A DNA stretch of 64,000 bases from Fimbriosthenelais zetlandica (GCA_977030845.1 OZ365111.1:5890001-5954000), one strand, 5' to 3'; shown: positions 1-12,800, counted from the stretch's first letter. The notes: generated by a model not told the origin, from the letters alone. Numbers and translations: made by a program.

Positions 1-5
1 TCGTC
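1..5 (-). other. Start of a downstream exon of the minus-strand gene (continues beyond the left edge)
   Basis: Minus strand reads ...gacagttctcttctgcag|GACGA at positions 6/5: pyrimidine tract plus CAG acceptor, same orientation as the first exon at 4771-4860. Confidence 0.4.
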
Positions 6-352
6 CTGCAGAAGAGAACTGTCATCACAATATCATGTTTATAGGAATGGTCGAATGAATGTTGGGGCATTTTGTATACCGGTAATATTGTGGCATATTC
101 AGGCCAAAGTTATAGGCATCTAGGCTAAGGTTATACATTTGACGGTATCTTTGCATGGCTTAGAAGGATATTAGTAGTATTATTATAATAGTATTATTTT
201 TTTTGGAGTGTGACATGCAGATTTTAAATTCCCAATTCGGCCTTCAGTATTATTGAGTCGAGATATTTAATTTAGAATAAGGATATATATTTTAGTGCTA
301 AATTTCAATTACGAAACCCTTTTATTCTATTATATTCCAAATAATACCTATG

Positions 353-420
353 GAGCCTGTTTCAAATCAATGGATCAATGGTCTATAGGAATTTCTATGC
401 GAAAGTCTTCGGAAAGGCCC
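353..420. mobile_element. Degenerate MITE family A copy
   Basis: gagcctgtttcaaa...tctatagga...gaaaggccc; matches family A termini GGGCCTGTTTCA/TGAAACAGGCCC. Confidence 0.55.
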
Positions 421-2304
421 CTAGGCTAGCTATAACAATTATAAGGCTACACTAATTCAGAGACCTACATTTGAATTCACCCACCCAATCATTTTATCTG
501 CCACTCCGATTTCCTTTGACTAAAAAAACTTTAATTTCCTTGTGCACTTGGTAAATAGGTCTAAATGCAGAAATGTATGTCGGGCTAGTAATTGAGTTGC
601 TGGATAAAAGAAATCTACATTAATATTTTTAAAGTCACTTGCAGGAACCCTTTTGTTAACACTTTCAGACGATCTCCAAGAAGTCTAATCACATTCATCA
701 TATACACCTGCACACTTCGGATGGATCCATTTATCTCCCTCGCAGTGTTAAATGGATGCAATAAATTCATAAGATCAAAATGAGGAAAAAGGACAGGTTT
801 TATGCTATATCTTCCCATCTCAAGCATTGTCGCTTGCAGATGGAAGCAGGATCATGCAACGGAAACAGATCGGGGCAAATCACAGTTGTTTGACATGAGG
901 CAAATAGAAAAACTCCATTAACAGGGCAGGGTAAAAGCTTGATAATTGAATAGAAGGATAGAGCTGATGGCATTGAGCTAAGAGCTTGGAGGTCTTCTAC
1001 AACCTTTACCAACAGGACCGTTGTACACAGAACATGATTTATCTCTTTACTAGGGTAAAAAGGCCATCAGTCTTCTTTTTCTGACCGAATCTTCACCAAA
1101 CTTTATAATTAATTATATTGATCTAAATACTCATTTGCCAATACACAATGAGTAATCGGCCTTTTCTGCCAGACTGTACACGTTTCCCTTATTTTTTTAC
1201 ATTTCCCTTATTTTTTTACATTTTTGTTTTTAATTATTTTTACATCTGTATAAATATCCACAGACAAATAGGTTTTGTTGCGGGCCTAAAAACCTAGTGC
1301 CAGAGGCATCGAGCCCCATAAGGATCAATGTCAGGGGGCTCAGGAGGCTGGCCCCCTTGCTGGAAAATGATAGCAAACTTAGTCCCATTTAATGGTTTCT
1401 GGTGAATTTCAGTACAACCATTACAGCAATATCCGGAGAATTAGCAGCCCTGGACCGTTTCCCCAGTCTTTAGCATTACAGTAATTTTGTAATGCTATAT
1501 GTCATGTAAGGGCAACGAATTCATGCGCTATGAATTCAAAAAGAGATAACTCAATATTTCAGTAATAAAACAAATGTTAGCTACGTTTCCAGAGTCTATG
1601 TACTAGCTTTTGTAAACATATTATTGACGATTGATTGGTGTTTGATCGATTGATTGCTGTTACAAATAATGTTGCAGCAACAGCCAGTGTAATAACGACT
1701 GCGAGGAAAAAACACGCAGTCGGCTCTTTGGCCTGCTCTTATAATATATTGATTACAATTCTCCTACAGGCATATCACCATAGTGCTTAAACGTTTATAG
1801 ACAGTCCTACAAGATACAATATGCAATCGTTAAAAGCCTGAAGCGTCTATATAATATGAGATGTAGGTATAAGAAATCCATTGGTTTGTGCACTCCGTCA
1901 TAGTTCCCCGATTACATCTGAGCGTATTTCAACATAGATTAGTCTACAGACATCCTCTTGTTCTCCCATTAAGATGAAGTACCTTGCCATGGGCTATACT
2001 GACTGGAGGCAAGTGTTGAGAAACCACACATGCGTACATACTGCTATAACTGATACATCACGTCTCAATAGAATGCTGTCAACCCATCCTGGGGTAAAAG
2101 GGAATATTTCCCCCTCGCCTATATCTTTGTTTGATTTAAAAAGGTATCTTAACATCTTCTCTATCCATCTTCAATCGCGATCCATGTTTAAAGATATTCA
2201 GAGAAGGATGGTATTTTATGTTTGATCTGATGCAGGCGATTTATATGTGTTTGCATGTATTAATATATGGAGGGACACCGTAATATATTTTAATGCTAGA
2301 TATA

Positions 2305-2510
2305 CCCCTGTTTTACAAGGAACCTCGCCAATGGCGAGGGTCAGCGAGGGCAACCTCGTCGACCGTTTGCTTTGTTAAAGTACTGTTTTCTTCAAAAAGG
2401 TGCTTGGACAATTGCTTGTTATTGCATTGTCCAAGCACTGTTTTCTCAAAAATATTGCTTGTACAATACAATCGCTCTACGAGTGTACCCTCGCCACCCC
2501 AGTCGCAAAA
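2305..2510. mobile_element. MITE family C, degenerate copy
   Basis: Begins cccctgttttacaagg..atggcgaggg and shares the interior (tgcttggacaattgc, cattgtccaagcactgttttctc) with 7276-7500; right end eroded. Confidence 0.7.
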
Positions 2511-2719
2511 TAGCTTGGTTTTGCCTGTTTGTTGCTGCATCAAAACATAGTGCAAACCATCTGCTTTACCCGCAAATTAGACATAGCTTGCGCGGCAAAT
2601 CGCACCACAAACGCACCCACTAATTATCTCCGCGATGTGCAGTACTGCTATGCACAGAAAAGCACCCACTCGCATACACGTTAATCCCCACACCACCTGT
2701 GGTTTAATTAGCCTAGCGA

Positions 2720-2915
2720 TATGCCTCAGTGAACAGGCTTAGGATAGACGCTAGGATATTCCTTCTAAAAATAGCTCAGTTAACTAGGGGTATACCGAAT
2801 ATATGATGTCATTAATGTAGTAACACGCCTCAGTGAACACTGGAATGTTTGGTATAGTTTTTATTAATTTCTCAGTTCAATGGGGTTTACTGAATTTATG
2901 ACGTCATTAATGTAA
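2720..2915. repeat. Degenerate ~100-bp tandem dimer
   Basis: gcctcagtgaaca, ctcagtt..gggg and atga(t/c)gtcattaatgta each occur twice about 97-103 bp apart. Confidence 0.5.
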
Positions 2916-4013
2916 AATTGTATATACCATATATTTTCTTCTGGCTTTTAAACAACAACTGGAATGCAGACATTTCAAGTAATTCATTTTTATTCAATGA
3001 TTCATCTCAGACAATACTGTTGGTGGCACCTTTAAGGCATATTTTACACCTTAGTAATAAAGTAAATATTAATTTATTAATATCACAACTATTTAAGCAA
3101 TAATTATATAAATATACATGAAAAATATGACATAATTTAAGGTATAATGTACACCATAGGAAACATTATTACGGAGAAAATATAATTTACCAATTTCAAA
3201 ACTGTTTAGCAATACATATAAATTTTATTATAAAAAATATTACGGTGAAAAAGTGAAAACAATTTCTGCAGAGACCACAATAAGAATAAATATGCTATAT
3301 TACACGTGGTAATGCAAAGAAATGCAATACAATGAAACCAGCAGGATAATAGCCAATATAGCAACTTTACATTCAAGTAAATTACACCGGATTAAGCGAT
3401 ATTAACACAAAAAAATCAAGTAGATCCTTTAAGTTTAAATAATATGGATTTCTCTGTCCTAGTGGTTGTTTGTAAGCATTTATATGATGTAACATTTGAT
3501 ATTTTATATGTGTCTGTTTTAATTTGGCGTTTAAAAAAATTGGTCATCACTTTCCCCATCAATATAATACACACAAAGGGCTTTCACTCGACTCCAACAC
3601 CTAAGAAGCCCAATTGTCGCCGACTGGGATGGCGGCACGACTAGCTCTCCTCACATGTCATTCGCACCTAGTTAGCCCAGCCTAACTTGCTGATGCGTCA
3701 CCTAATGTCCAATGTCGCCCACACCTGGCGAACACGGTCAGTCTGGCGACAAGTCTGGGGGAATGAACAATGGAACTATGTCATTTTCTATGAGTATGAC
3801 AAAGCTTATACAGAATATACTTAAAACCTGCTTAACCTCATACCTTATAATATATTAGAAATGCTGTTATGGGGAAAACACTCTGGAGATAAAATTAGCC
3901 TATACCTGTATTAAACAATTATAGGCCTACTGAATCCTACTTCAGGAAAAAATAATAATCTTGCGTAGCCTACTGAGCGCATTGCAAGGTACCAAACTGC
4001 ACACGTGTCTCAC

Positions 4014-4022
4014 CTTGATTAT
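4014..4022 (-). other. Candidate 9-nt microexon
   Basis: Minus strand tattattatttctag|ATAATCAAG|gtgaga; lies inside the inferred first intron. Confidence 0.25.
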
Positions 4023-4770
4023 CTAGAAATAATAATATGAGATATGTTTCATTAAATAAGTGTTAAAGTCGCAGAGGCCCATTCACCGCTAAAAACCTCC
4101 ATGTTCTATAATCATTATACCGATTGTAATAGGCTATTCTTTAGATCTATCTGCAACTCACTGGAAATCCATTGTTTCGACTTTAGACTCATTAAGTGAA
4201 AACATGTCATATAATTATGCGAAGGTGGTTAAAAGTAGGAAAAAAATGTAGTTATATTTCTTATAGATATATCGGCCTACCTACGCGACTATAGGAGCGG
4301 GGGGCCTACACCTCTTCCCCCGATAGCCTACCGTCCCCCGCCGTCAAGCTTCCCATCATAGATGCTTGCCTATATAGGCCTAAGCCATGGCATGGGCTTG
4401 GCTCTGCCTCTTCCAGTCGGGTAGAACTCCCATGATGCGATTCGATTTTCCATACGCCTAAAGGTTAAACATATTGTCTGAAATTCAACCAGATAACATA
4501 GTAGTTTAAATAAGCATACTAGGCATAGGCAATACATGTAAATAGCCCTACAATGAGAGATTTAAACTTTCTTCTAGGACCGGTTTGACCGTTTCTACTA
4601 AGTAGTACAACTAGGCCTAACTGTAACAGGGGCAAGGCCATTTAAATGTAGACACGCTGTTCCAGTGATCTGGATCTAGCCGTAAATGATAGATTCCTAC
4701 ATTATATTGGTACCAGTATTACCGTAGTTGAAACGATAAGATTATGTTATACAGATGGAGATGAACTTAC

Positions 4771-4860
4771 CTGATGACACCTCGTTTGTGAAGAATTAAC
4801 TTGCAAAAAACGCGGGTTCTACCGAAGCATTCAATGTTTACATCTTTCACGATTCCAATA
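4771..4860 (-). other. Probable non-coding first exon (5' UTR) of an unidentified gene
   Basis: Ends in a consensus donor CAG|GTAAGT (4771/4770), directly downstream of the ZNF143/YY1 motifs; its ATGs hit stops at once. The 5' boundary is approximate. Confidence 0.55.
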
Positions 4861-4930
4861 TGGCGGCGGCGCAATGCATGCTGGGAGGAGTTTATTTCCC
4901 GCGAGGTTTCCCTCCCGCTAATATTTTTTT
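4810..4930 (-). promoter_or_regulatory. Housekeeping-type promoter: ZNF143/Staf site plus YY1 site in a CpG-rich patch
   Basis: 4870-4886 reads TCCCAGCATGCATTGCG on the minus strand (matches the Staf/ZNF143 consensus CCCANNATGCAYYGCG); the adjacent 4857-4867 is AATATGGCGGC (YY1 consensus AANATGGCG); local CpG cluster in AT-rich DNA. Confidence 0.65.
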
Positions 4931-6880
4931 CTGTCCAGACACACAGGGTCTACTTACGCTAGGGAATAACACTTGTAATAGCCTGGTAATATGTTATAAA
5001 ATATATAATATGTAGACCTAGCCTACAGTTTATAAATTAATGGTTGTTTATAACTCAAAGAAAACCTACGATGGCGCCAGTCGGTGGCGTCCAGGCACAT
5101 TAACAACTTTTAGTGATCCTACAGTGTAACTGCTTTATCATGTAAATTTCGGCAGAGAAAAATGAGGCCTAAATAGAATTAAGCCCCTGCAGTTTTGGTT
5201 TTCAACCAATAGCCCTACCACAAGCCTAATTATAGTTATTTTATAAATTTAGACCAAAGTCAGCTTGTGAAAGTATAGGCGGGAAAAGTCCCAAATATTT
5301 TTTAAAAAAATATAGGCCTATCTAACATCTATCTAATATCTATTTTTTTAAATAGGCCTACGAATAGCCTAGGTTGCAGTCAGCAGCAGCTGTTTTGGCT
5401 GTGAAAGTTGTCAACCCGAGTCTGATGTAGCCTAAATGAAAAAGCTCTAACCAGTTAGGCTTACTTCACCTTTGCGAACTCATTATACAGAGATTATGCA
5501 TACAGTTACATAACAAACTGCGAAAATGCTACATGCAGGTACTATCGCACCACTGCGCTGGCTGCATCATGCACACATGCTTGCAGTGGGTGCTTTTGTG
5601 TTTACACACACACATGCGTTTCGGTCACCAGACATAGCTTTAGCACATCGGATTAAAGCTACTGTATGCGTTTTGGTCGCGCGCATATAGCTTTAGCACC
5701 CAGGATTAAGGTGTTGCAGGAAAGTACAAAGGATGTTGCAGAAAAAGCATGCATGCTTTATTCTGCGGTGTGCTACTCGGGCATAGGCGATTTTCTTGTA
5801 CAACACCATGTATATGCATGGAGTTGTCTGTTTCAAAAGGAATATTAGCAATGATAAGCCTATGGATAATATTTATTTTGGGACAGGCTCTCTATAATCC
5901 ATAGAGCTAGACCGTTGACTAGCTAATGTGGTATCTTTATGACGAAATTGTCTTCCAGGGGGCACAGTATAGTGTCTTAATTACTTCCATATTCGTGGCA
6001 CTAATTTGTCTCAGGCATTCTATAAATAACATTGCTGAAATTGCTGATGGTTAAGCATGTCTTATACATGTAGTTGTTCAACATTATAGAATCTGTCGAA
6101 AGGAAATTGTCCGTGTCTCCTATACATAGTTTTAGACTGATGTACATGAAGCATCCCATTATCACAGAGCGCTACCGATGAGAAACTGCTCAATCCGAGT
6201 AGATTTGCTCTGACATCTAAAGATGAGCTCAGAGAAAGGGTGGAGCCTCCACTCTCGACAACCAGATGCAATAATCTGATATTATGGAAGAATTCTCCTG
6301 CCATAAAAAATACATCAACGCCAGAGTGGGAGCTGTGTGAATGTCATCCTGCGACAGGGATTACGTCATCACATTATGGAAGCTATCCAATATGGCTACA
6401 AGGTATATATGGCAATACGACCAGGCATGAACATGAATGGATAACACAAACGGTCGTTAAATCGTCTGATATAGGGACATGGAATAGTGTATAGAGCAGT
6501 CGTTTACTGGAGGAATGCATGGTATTTTAAATGTTGGCCTATAGCTTAATTTTTACAACCAACCGCTTTTTTATAGCCAAAAATATCGAAGCTTCACCGC
6601 CTGCATGACATTGTATGGATTCAACATTGAATATAGAAGCAGCATGAATCTACACAAAAAATAGCCATGTAAATAGGTACCTATAGCATTGTCAATGTGT
6701 ACAAATAATGAAACAAGCAACAGATTTGAAAATACTTGTAAGCGAGAGCTACATGTATCTATATTATACAGACCATTGCCTGATGCAACATATATCAGTG
6801 AAGCAAGCCTCGATCTATTTGGTCTTCTTGCTATTAGATTTAGGGTGGTTACCTTTCGATCTCGGTGGATCTTCCCCTAA

Positions 6881-7230
6881 AGTCTGGGGCACATAAAGCC
6901 GATTCTCTAAGCGATAGGAACACGATATACCATCCCCCTGTTGTACAAGAAAATCGTCGATGGCGAGGGATCGGCGAGGTTACCCTAGCGGAGCGATTGC
7001 ATTGACCAAGCAATCTTTTGGAGAAAACAGTGCTTGGACAATCCAATAAGAAGCAGTTGTCCAATCACTTTTTTCTAAAAAAGCAGCAATTCAACAATGC
7101 AATCGCTCGACGAGGGCACCCTCACCAATCCCTCGCCATCGACGATTTTCTTGTACAACGCTTGGCATATTTCTAGTCACACCTAATGCCTGTAATTTTG
7201 TCAGTGGTTAGCCTTAGCGAGGTGTAAATG
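6881..7230. mobile_element. MITE family D, left part, interrupted by a family C copy
   Basis: TAA|AGTCTGGGGCACATA..gattctctaagcgatag, resuming after 7160 with atttctagtcacacc.aatgc.tgtaatttt, matching the intact copy at 45921-46119. Confidence 0.65.
6934..7160. mobile_element. MITE family C (~225 bp, long TIRs)
   Basis: Left arm ccccctgttgtacaagaaaatcgtcgatggcgaggga is mirrored by tccctcgccatcgacgattttcttgtacaac; the last few terminal bases are missing. Confidence 0.85.
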
Positions 7231-7275
7231 ACACATAAAGCCGATTCTCTAAGCGATAGGAACACGATATACCAT

Positions 7276-7500
7276 CCCCCTGTTGTACAAGAAAATCGCC
7301 GATGGCGAGGGATCGGCGAGGGTGCCCTCGCGGTGCGATTAAATTGTTGAAGTGCTGTTTTTTTCTTGCTTGGATTACTGCTTGCTAATGCATTGTCCAA
7401 AGACTGTTTTCTCAAAAACATTGCTTGGACACTGCAATTGCTCCGCGAGGGTACCCTCGCCGATTCCTCGCCATCGAGGATTTTATTGTACAACAGGGGG
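7276..7500. mobile_element. MITE family C, full-length, interior inverted relative to 6934-7160
   Basis: CCCCCTGTTGTACAAGAAAATC...GATTTTATTGTACAACAGGGGG terminal inverted repeats. Confidence 0.85.
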
Positions 7501-8318
7501 AGAATGTGAGTAGCCCCAGGATTAAGACAGGAGTCTTTAGAGTATTGGGATGTCAGTCACCGTGGATCTACAACCTTATTTTATTGCAGAGAACAGTGAG
7601 AGAGAGAGGTAGAGAGAGGAGGAGAGAGAGTTGTAAAGACGCTGATATTACTGTGAGATCCGACACTGAGCATTAGCAAAGGCTGACTTCATCCAGCATG
7701 TAGTAATCTAGAAAGAAGATCTGCTTTGCTGTGAGTGGGAGACTCCGTCATTAATTATAGATGGAATTCTGTGGACCGACAGGAGGTCTGCCTCTGATGC
7801 GATGCCTATTGAATCTTCTGTAGCAAATCACATTGAATTTCCAGGTTCTGGACATTACATTTGAAATTCGACCAGACACCAGACTAAGTATAAGTGATTA
7901 GGGTTTTGTGAACAAGAAAAGAAGAATGACTTCTAGGGGTCACGACTTCATTAGGTTAATTTGACCTTTTCTAGAACATAGGTCAATTCCTCTGAGGATC
8001 CATTGATTAATCTTCCAATGTTCAATTTTACAAATCTTAAGTTCCATCTTAGAGAGAGTGAGTAGGCTAGGCATATAAGAATTTTTTGAGGTGGCGATCG
8101 AAAGGTTGACATTAGCCTACTATTGGAATCCTTTTCAAAAGGAAAATTATCAATGCTAAATAAAAAAAAATAGACTATGGCTAATATTTGAAACAGTCTC
8201 CTGTGAACATGGCCAAGGCATTTTTAGTGCATTCCTGCTCATATAGTGCAGTGCTGATGGGGACGGTGATGGAGACAAATTTTGTCACTCAAATAATGTC
8301 TTTGGGGCCACAGGTCTG

Positions 8319-8392
8319 GGGTCCGTTTTAAAAGGAATATTGGCTATAATCCTGCTAAGTCTATGTTTTATTATTCGTTTTGAAACTGGCCC
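8319..8392. mobile_element. MITE family A (subtype A2)
   Basis: gggtccgttttaaaaggaatatt..gctaagtctatg..attcgttttgaaactggccc. Confidence 0.7.
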
Positions 8393-8673
8393 CCGGACTT
8401 CTAGTCTCACAAGGCTGACCCATCTTCCTCTTTTACAACACCCTCGATATCTCTCTCCTCTCTCATGGAAAGTGCCCCTTTGTACCGATCTAGAATAAAA
8501 ATCACACAAATTAGTAAAAGCAACTGTGGAAGCTGGCCAGCACTGAAAACATGGCTCCATAAATAACAAAAAAGATGATGGATGAATCTTTTAGGATTTT
8601 CAGTTTGAGGGTCATGTAAGTACACGTTAGTTATAAACAATGGAGAATTCCAATAGGATTGAACGGAATAAGA

Positions 8674-8738
8674 GGGTCGTTTCAGTGTACAAATTTCCCA
8701 TAGACTTAGCATTTTTAATGGTTGTTCTGAAACAGGAC
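8674..8738. mobile_element. MITE family A (subtype A1, reverse orientation)
   Basis: gggtcgtttcag..tttcccatagacttagcatt..aatggttgttctgaaacagga. Confidence 0.75.
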
Positions 8739-9134
8739 TGAGGAAGACTCGGTAATAAAAGAATGGTCTTCACCCTAAATATTACTGGCTACACTCGTTC
8801 CCCTGATGGTAATAAAAGCTTTTTGTTCACATCTCACTTGATCCAGCAGACTGGTCCAGCTTTAAAACCGATTTGTAAAAAGTGAAAGAGGGGATTAGCC
8901 TCGCCACATAAAAAGAATAGTTATGGCTGTGAACACAAGAGGCAGGAGCTACGAATCTTATTTCTGTAATGAGAATTGGCATCAAAAGTACAACGAATGG
9001 ACATAGTCAATACAATAATTTGGCCATAAGTTCAGTAATATTATACAGCCGTACACGAAACTCTCATCATTATTTTTGTGTCCATGTTCAGTTCGTTTTC
9101 CATTTTCAGTTGCGGATCATGGAGATAGAATAGC

Positions 9135-9229
9135 TTATATTAGCCATTGACTTAGCATTGCTAATATTCCCTTTGGCTCAGGAGCTTGTTTCATAACAAT
9201 GCTTTAGCCTATGGTCATGAAACAGGCCT
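9135..9229. mobile_element. MITE family A fragments (adjacent)
   Basis: gacttagcattgctaatattcc followed by CAG|gagcttgtttca...tgaaacaggcct|CTG. Confidence 0.65.
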
Positions 9230-9635
9230 CTGGTCTGCTCCAAGGGTGAGGTTGTGGGATGGGGGAGCAGTATTTTGCTTTTGAAAAAGAAATTCTTTTA
9301 AAAAACGTAGACGGCACCGTCGTGCCCCCTCTGTGGATTCGGCCCCCATCTCTGATTTCTGATGTCCATTTCTACACTTTTTGAAACATGCCTGAAGAAG
9401 ATTTTAACAGACATGCTTCGCCTATTACAGTAGAACAATTTTCATTGCACTAGCGATCCCCTATAATTAGGGACTTTACTTGTTTATGTAATCAGGCCAA
9501 TTCTCCCAAGATTGGATTAATTGAAAACCATACGACCTGAAGGCAGTGGGTAAGGAAAAGCAAGAATGCGGGAAAAAAATATCCAGTGGCTGCTGACCAA
9601 CGTCAAATGATCTCTAATTGATTATTTTCCAGATG

Positions 9636-9896
9636 ACATGACCCCCTGATTAATTATTTCTGGTTGGACAGGCAATCCCACAGCCTGCTGGGTGGTCTGC
9701 AAGAAGGATATCAACGTTTCAAATGCCTGATAAGTGTCCAGACAGGCCCCCAGTTAGGCAGCCAGCCCACTGTTTATGGCTGCCTGATAAAATTAATGAT
9801 ACTGTTTTGCAAACTTGTAAATCTCAACAAAGATTGGTCTTAAATTACAGGCAGTCCTGTATAATGTCCCTCATCCTCAATTACAAGGGGTCATGT
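9636..9896. mobile_element. Possible MITE with ~18-bp TIRs
   Basis: acatgaccccctgattaatt vs aattacaaggggtcatgt (inverted); another ttttacatgacccc follows at ~9968. Confidence 0.35.
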
Positions 9897-12800
9897 AAAA
9901 ATCTATAGGATTATAATAAGTGTGCCTAAATACATAACCAACTGTTAATTCTGTTATTTCCCAATGATTTTACATGACCCCCCCCCCCCCCTACTGTGAT
10001 TTTCTGTGACTTTATGGGGAAAATCAGGCTAATTAAAAACATGAATTACGTTATTTTAACCGGCCGCTCCAACCAAGTTGTCAATTTTACAGGACCTTAA
10101 GTTTATTGCAGTGTAACAGTACTCTCCTTGAGTTGGTTGGAATTAATTGGGAAATAGGGGTTTAGGTAAAACAACTATAAGCTCTGCGGATTAATCATAT
10201 CTGTTTGTTCGTGAAATGGCCGATTGCTGGATGGTTTGGACAAGAACCATGGCTTGCTGCATATACATCAGCAGTGATGGAGGAAATGGCATAACGGCTT
10301 CAAAAAATGTATCAACCAAGATCGGTTATTCATGCTTAAATGGAATCTGGCGACGTAGATTTATCTTGGAGGTTTGATTGCTGCCTCAGATACGATATTA
10401 CCTGAAATGTCGCCGTTTTATCGTTTTTGCCATTGGGCTTGCATTATTTAGATGCGTGCACTTTTCTATTTCTGCAGCCTAACTTACGGGATTGTATGGG
10501 CAATACTTCTTTGCATTACAGAATATACAATGCAGCTGCTATATGACTCAAACATTAATTTGCATGATATAGATATTGCATGAGATCCAATTCATTAAAG
10601 ATATCCAAATAATAATATCAACAGCGATAACTTTACATTAGTTGAGCAATATTTAACTGCACCAAATATTCATCGTGTGCCTGGAAACTGTAAAGCTTGA
10701 GAGATCACGTCAGAATCGATTTTGTATTTTGCAGAAAACCTGCCCTTCTTTTACATAGAGAAACATCAGGAGAGGCCTTGGCGCAAGTCTAGCGAAAGAA
10801 ACTTCTTTGATTCACTTCAAATCAATATGGGCCACTGTATTTGTGGATAATAAATATACAAAGTCTCAATTATTAGCTGGTTCACGGGCACACTTGATGG
10901 AACAATGCTCAATTATGACACAATCATTCATTGCCGCAGGGCCGAATGCTGCTTCATTTGGGGGACTGCTGCGTCTAGACGAGCCGACTCAGATTACTAC
11001 ACACAATGCTTCTGAGAGACGCAGGAAATACAGTGTTACTAATGGTTTTATCAGCTCAAGTATAAGGAAAAATTCCATATAGCAACTGAAAGATCATTAT
11101 AATGGATATCAGGCATCTGTGTACTGCTGCGATTGCATTCTTTAAAGCCTACAGAATGTAATTATTGTATTTCTTTGAATACAACTTACGGATTTGTAGC
11201 TTTCATTACAACACTATACATTATTTTAAAAAGAGTACAATTTTATCAACTATACAATATTTTGAATAGAGGATTGAGGTAATGGAAATAGCTTTCTTGA
11301 ATTATACGATCTTCACAAAAACAAGTACACGCGTATGACACTGATGAATGCAATTCGAATATACGACAGTTATAATCACTGGCTAGATTTATCAAAGTCA
11401 GGATTTAAAGATGGATCATATATATTATAGAGAGAGAACCAACTCTATAGTTAAGATAAATCAAGTTCAAATTTGAGCATATTGGCGTTGTTCAATTAAC
11501 AATTAAGTATTGGATTCCCTGTCATTTCCATCTGCAATTGCGATAAGAATGTGCATTTTATTCCTTGCTTAGAAAAGAAATGCTTAGAAAAGAAGGAGCA
11601 GCTGTGGTGAAGATTGTCTCTCTGCATTCAGTGTTCTCCTCGCCCCATGAGAGGCCCATATATAAATCACACCAAGGACTTTATATAGGCACCCCAATGT
11701 GAGCCCAATGGAGGGCTGCACCTCTCCCTTGGCTATTACCCATTGACGCCCTCTGATCAGAGAAGAGTTTATGGGATTCAAACTTAGAATCATGTTGGCC
11801 CAGCTGCCCATCGCGTGGACGCTTGGACAGTAATCCAACTGGATCCTGCCCCTGGATCGATCCTGGAGCCGGACAGATCATCACAGATCAAGACATTTCC
11901 CTATTGTGGATCATCAGGGCCTGGCCCCAGCCCTGCAGCGAAATTACCATTTACTGAGCAGGGAATGGAGCCTGTAGGGGGAAAACGGCCTCAAGACTCG
12001 AGTGGTCTCGACTGTACTGGGACCCAATAGCCTTTCAATGTCAGATATAGCAGTTAGTCGGCAACCCTCCTGAGGCGTGGCCAATAGTTCCCAGCGACTA
12101 GAGTTTGCAATGTCACTCCCAACTCGTTCGGAATCAGCAATTCTCTGCTTTTTTGTGGTAGCATATTTTTATGCAACGGTGCAATGCAATTGATGGGGAT
12201 AGTAAAAGCAGCTATGCGAAGTACATGTTTTCCCACTTTGCCTGAGGTGCACTATCACGTTCCATGCAATAAATATTCATGCATTTCTGTATATACACTA
12301 GGAATATAATATAGAGGCTTTTACAAGCTGCTGTTGTTTTCATTTCTTTGTGAAATTTAAAAGAATACATGTACACATCCTTTTGAAAGTGACATTTGTC
12401 TTAAATCATGTTCATTGTTGTAAGTTGGGTTCTGCCTTGGGCATCCACTTCGATTCATCGATCATCATCGTTGTCAACCAAGTAAAGAAAAGCATTATTC
12501 CAAACTTACAGAAGAAGATTTTTGTATTGCAGTAGAACAATACCACATGATTGATAGGATATTCAGCAGGAATTGAACGTGTTGTTCTAACCCAACAAAA
12601 TATGTTTATTTCGGTCTCACTCACCATCCTAACCAACGGCTCAAAACAAGAACAATGCATGCAGAGTTTTCTTTAATTGATATTATCCATTCTAAAATCA
12701 CTGCAGCCACATTATTATACTTTATAGGTCTATATGCCACACAAATATTCAAAATAAACCAATGTAAACCTTCAGATATCTAATTCTCCATTAACCTTAA

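Noticed and set aside
592-1012. ORFs 592-783, 615-827 and 800-1012 as exons of the minus-strand gene
   Set aside because: No convincing splice boundaries and no recognisable homology; stops in all frames around them.
4860-5015. Plus-strand ATGGCGGCGGCG as a start codon (51-aa ORF)
   Set aside because: The ATGGCG is explained by the YY1 motif, and the peptide is low-information.
10380-11280. Decayed glycosyltransferase-like gene
   Set aside because: Only a hydrophobic stretch and protein-like texture; no diagnostic motif and many stops.
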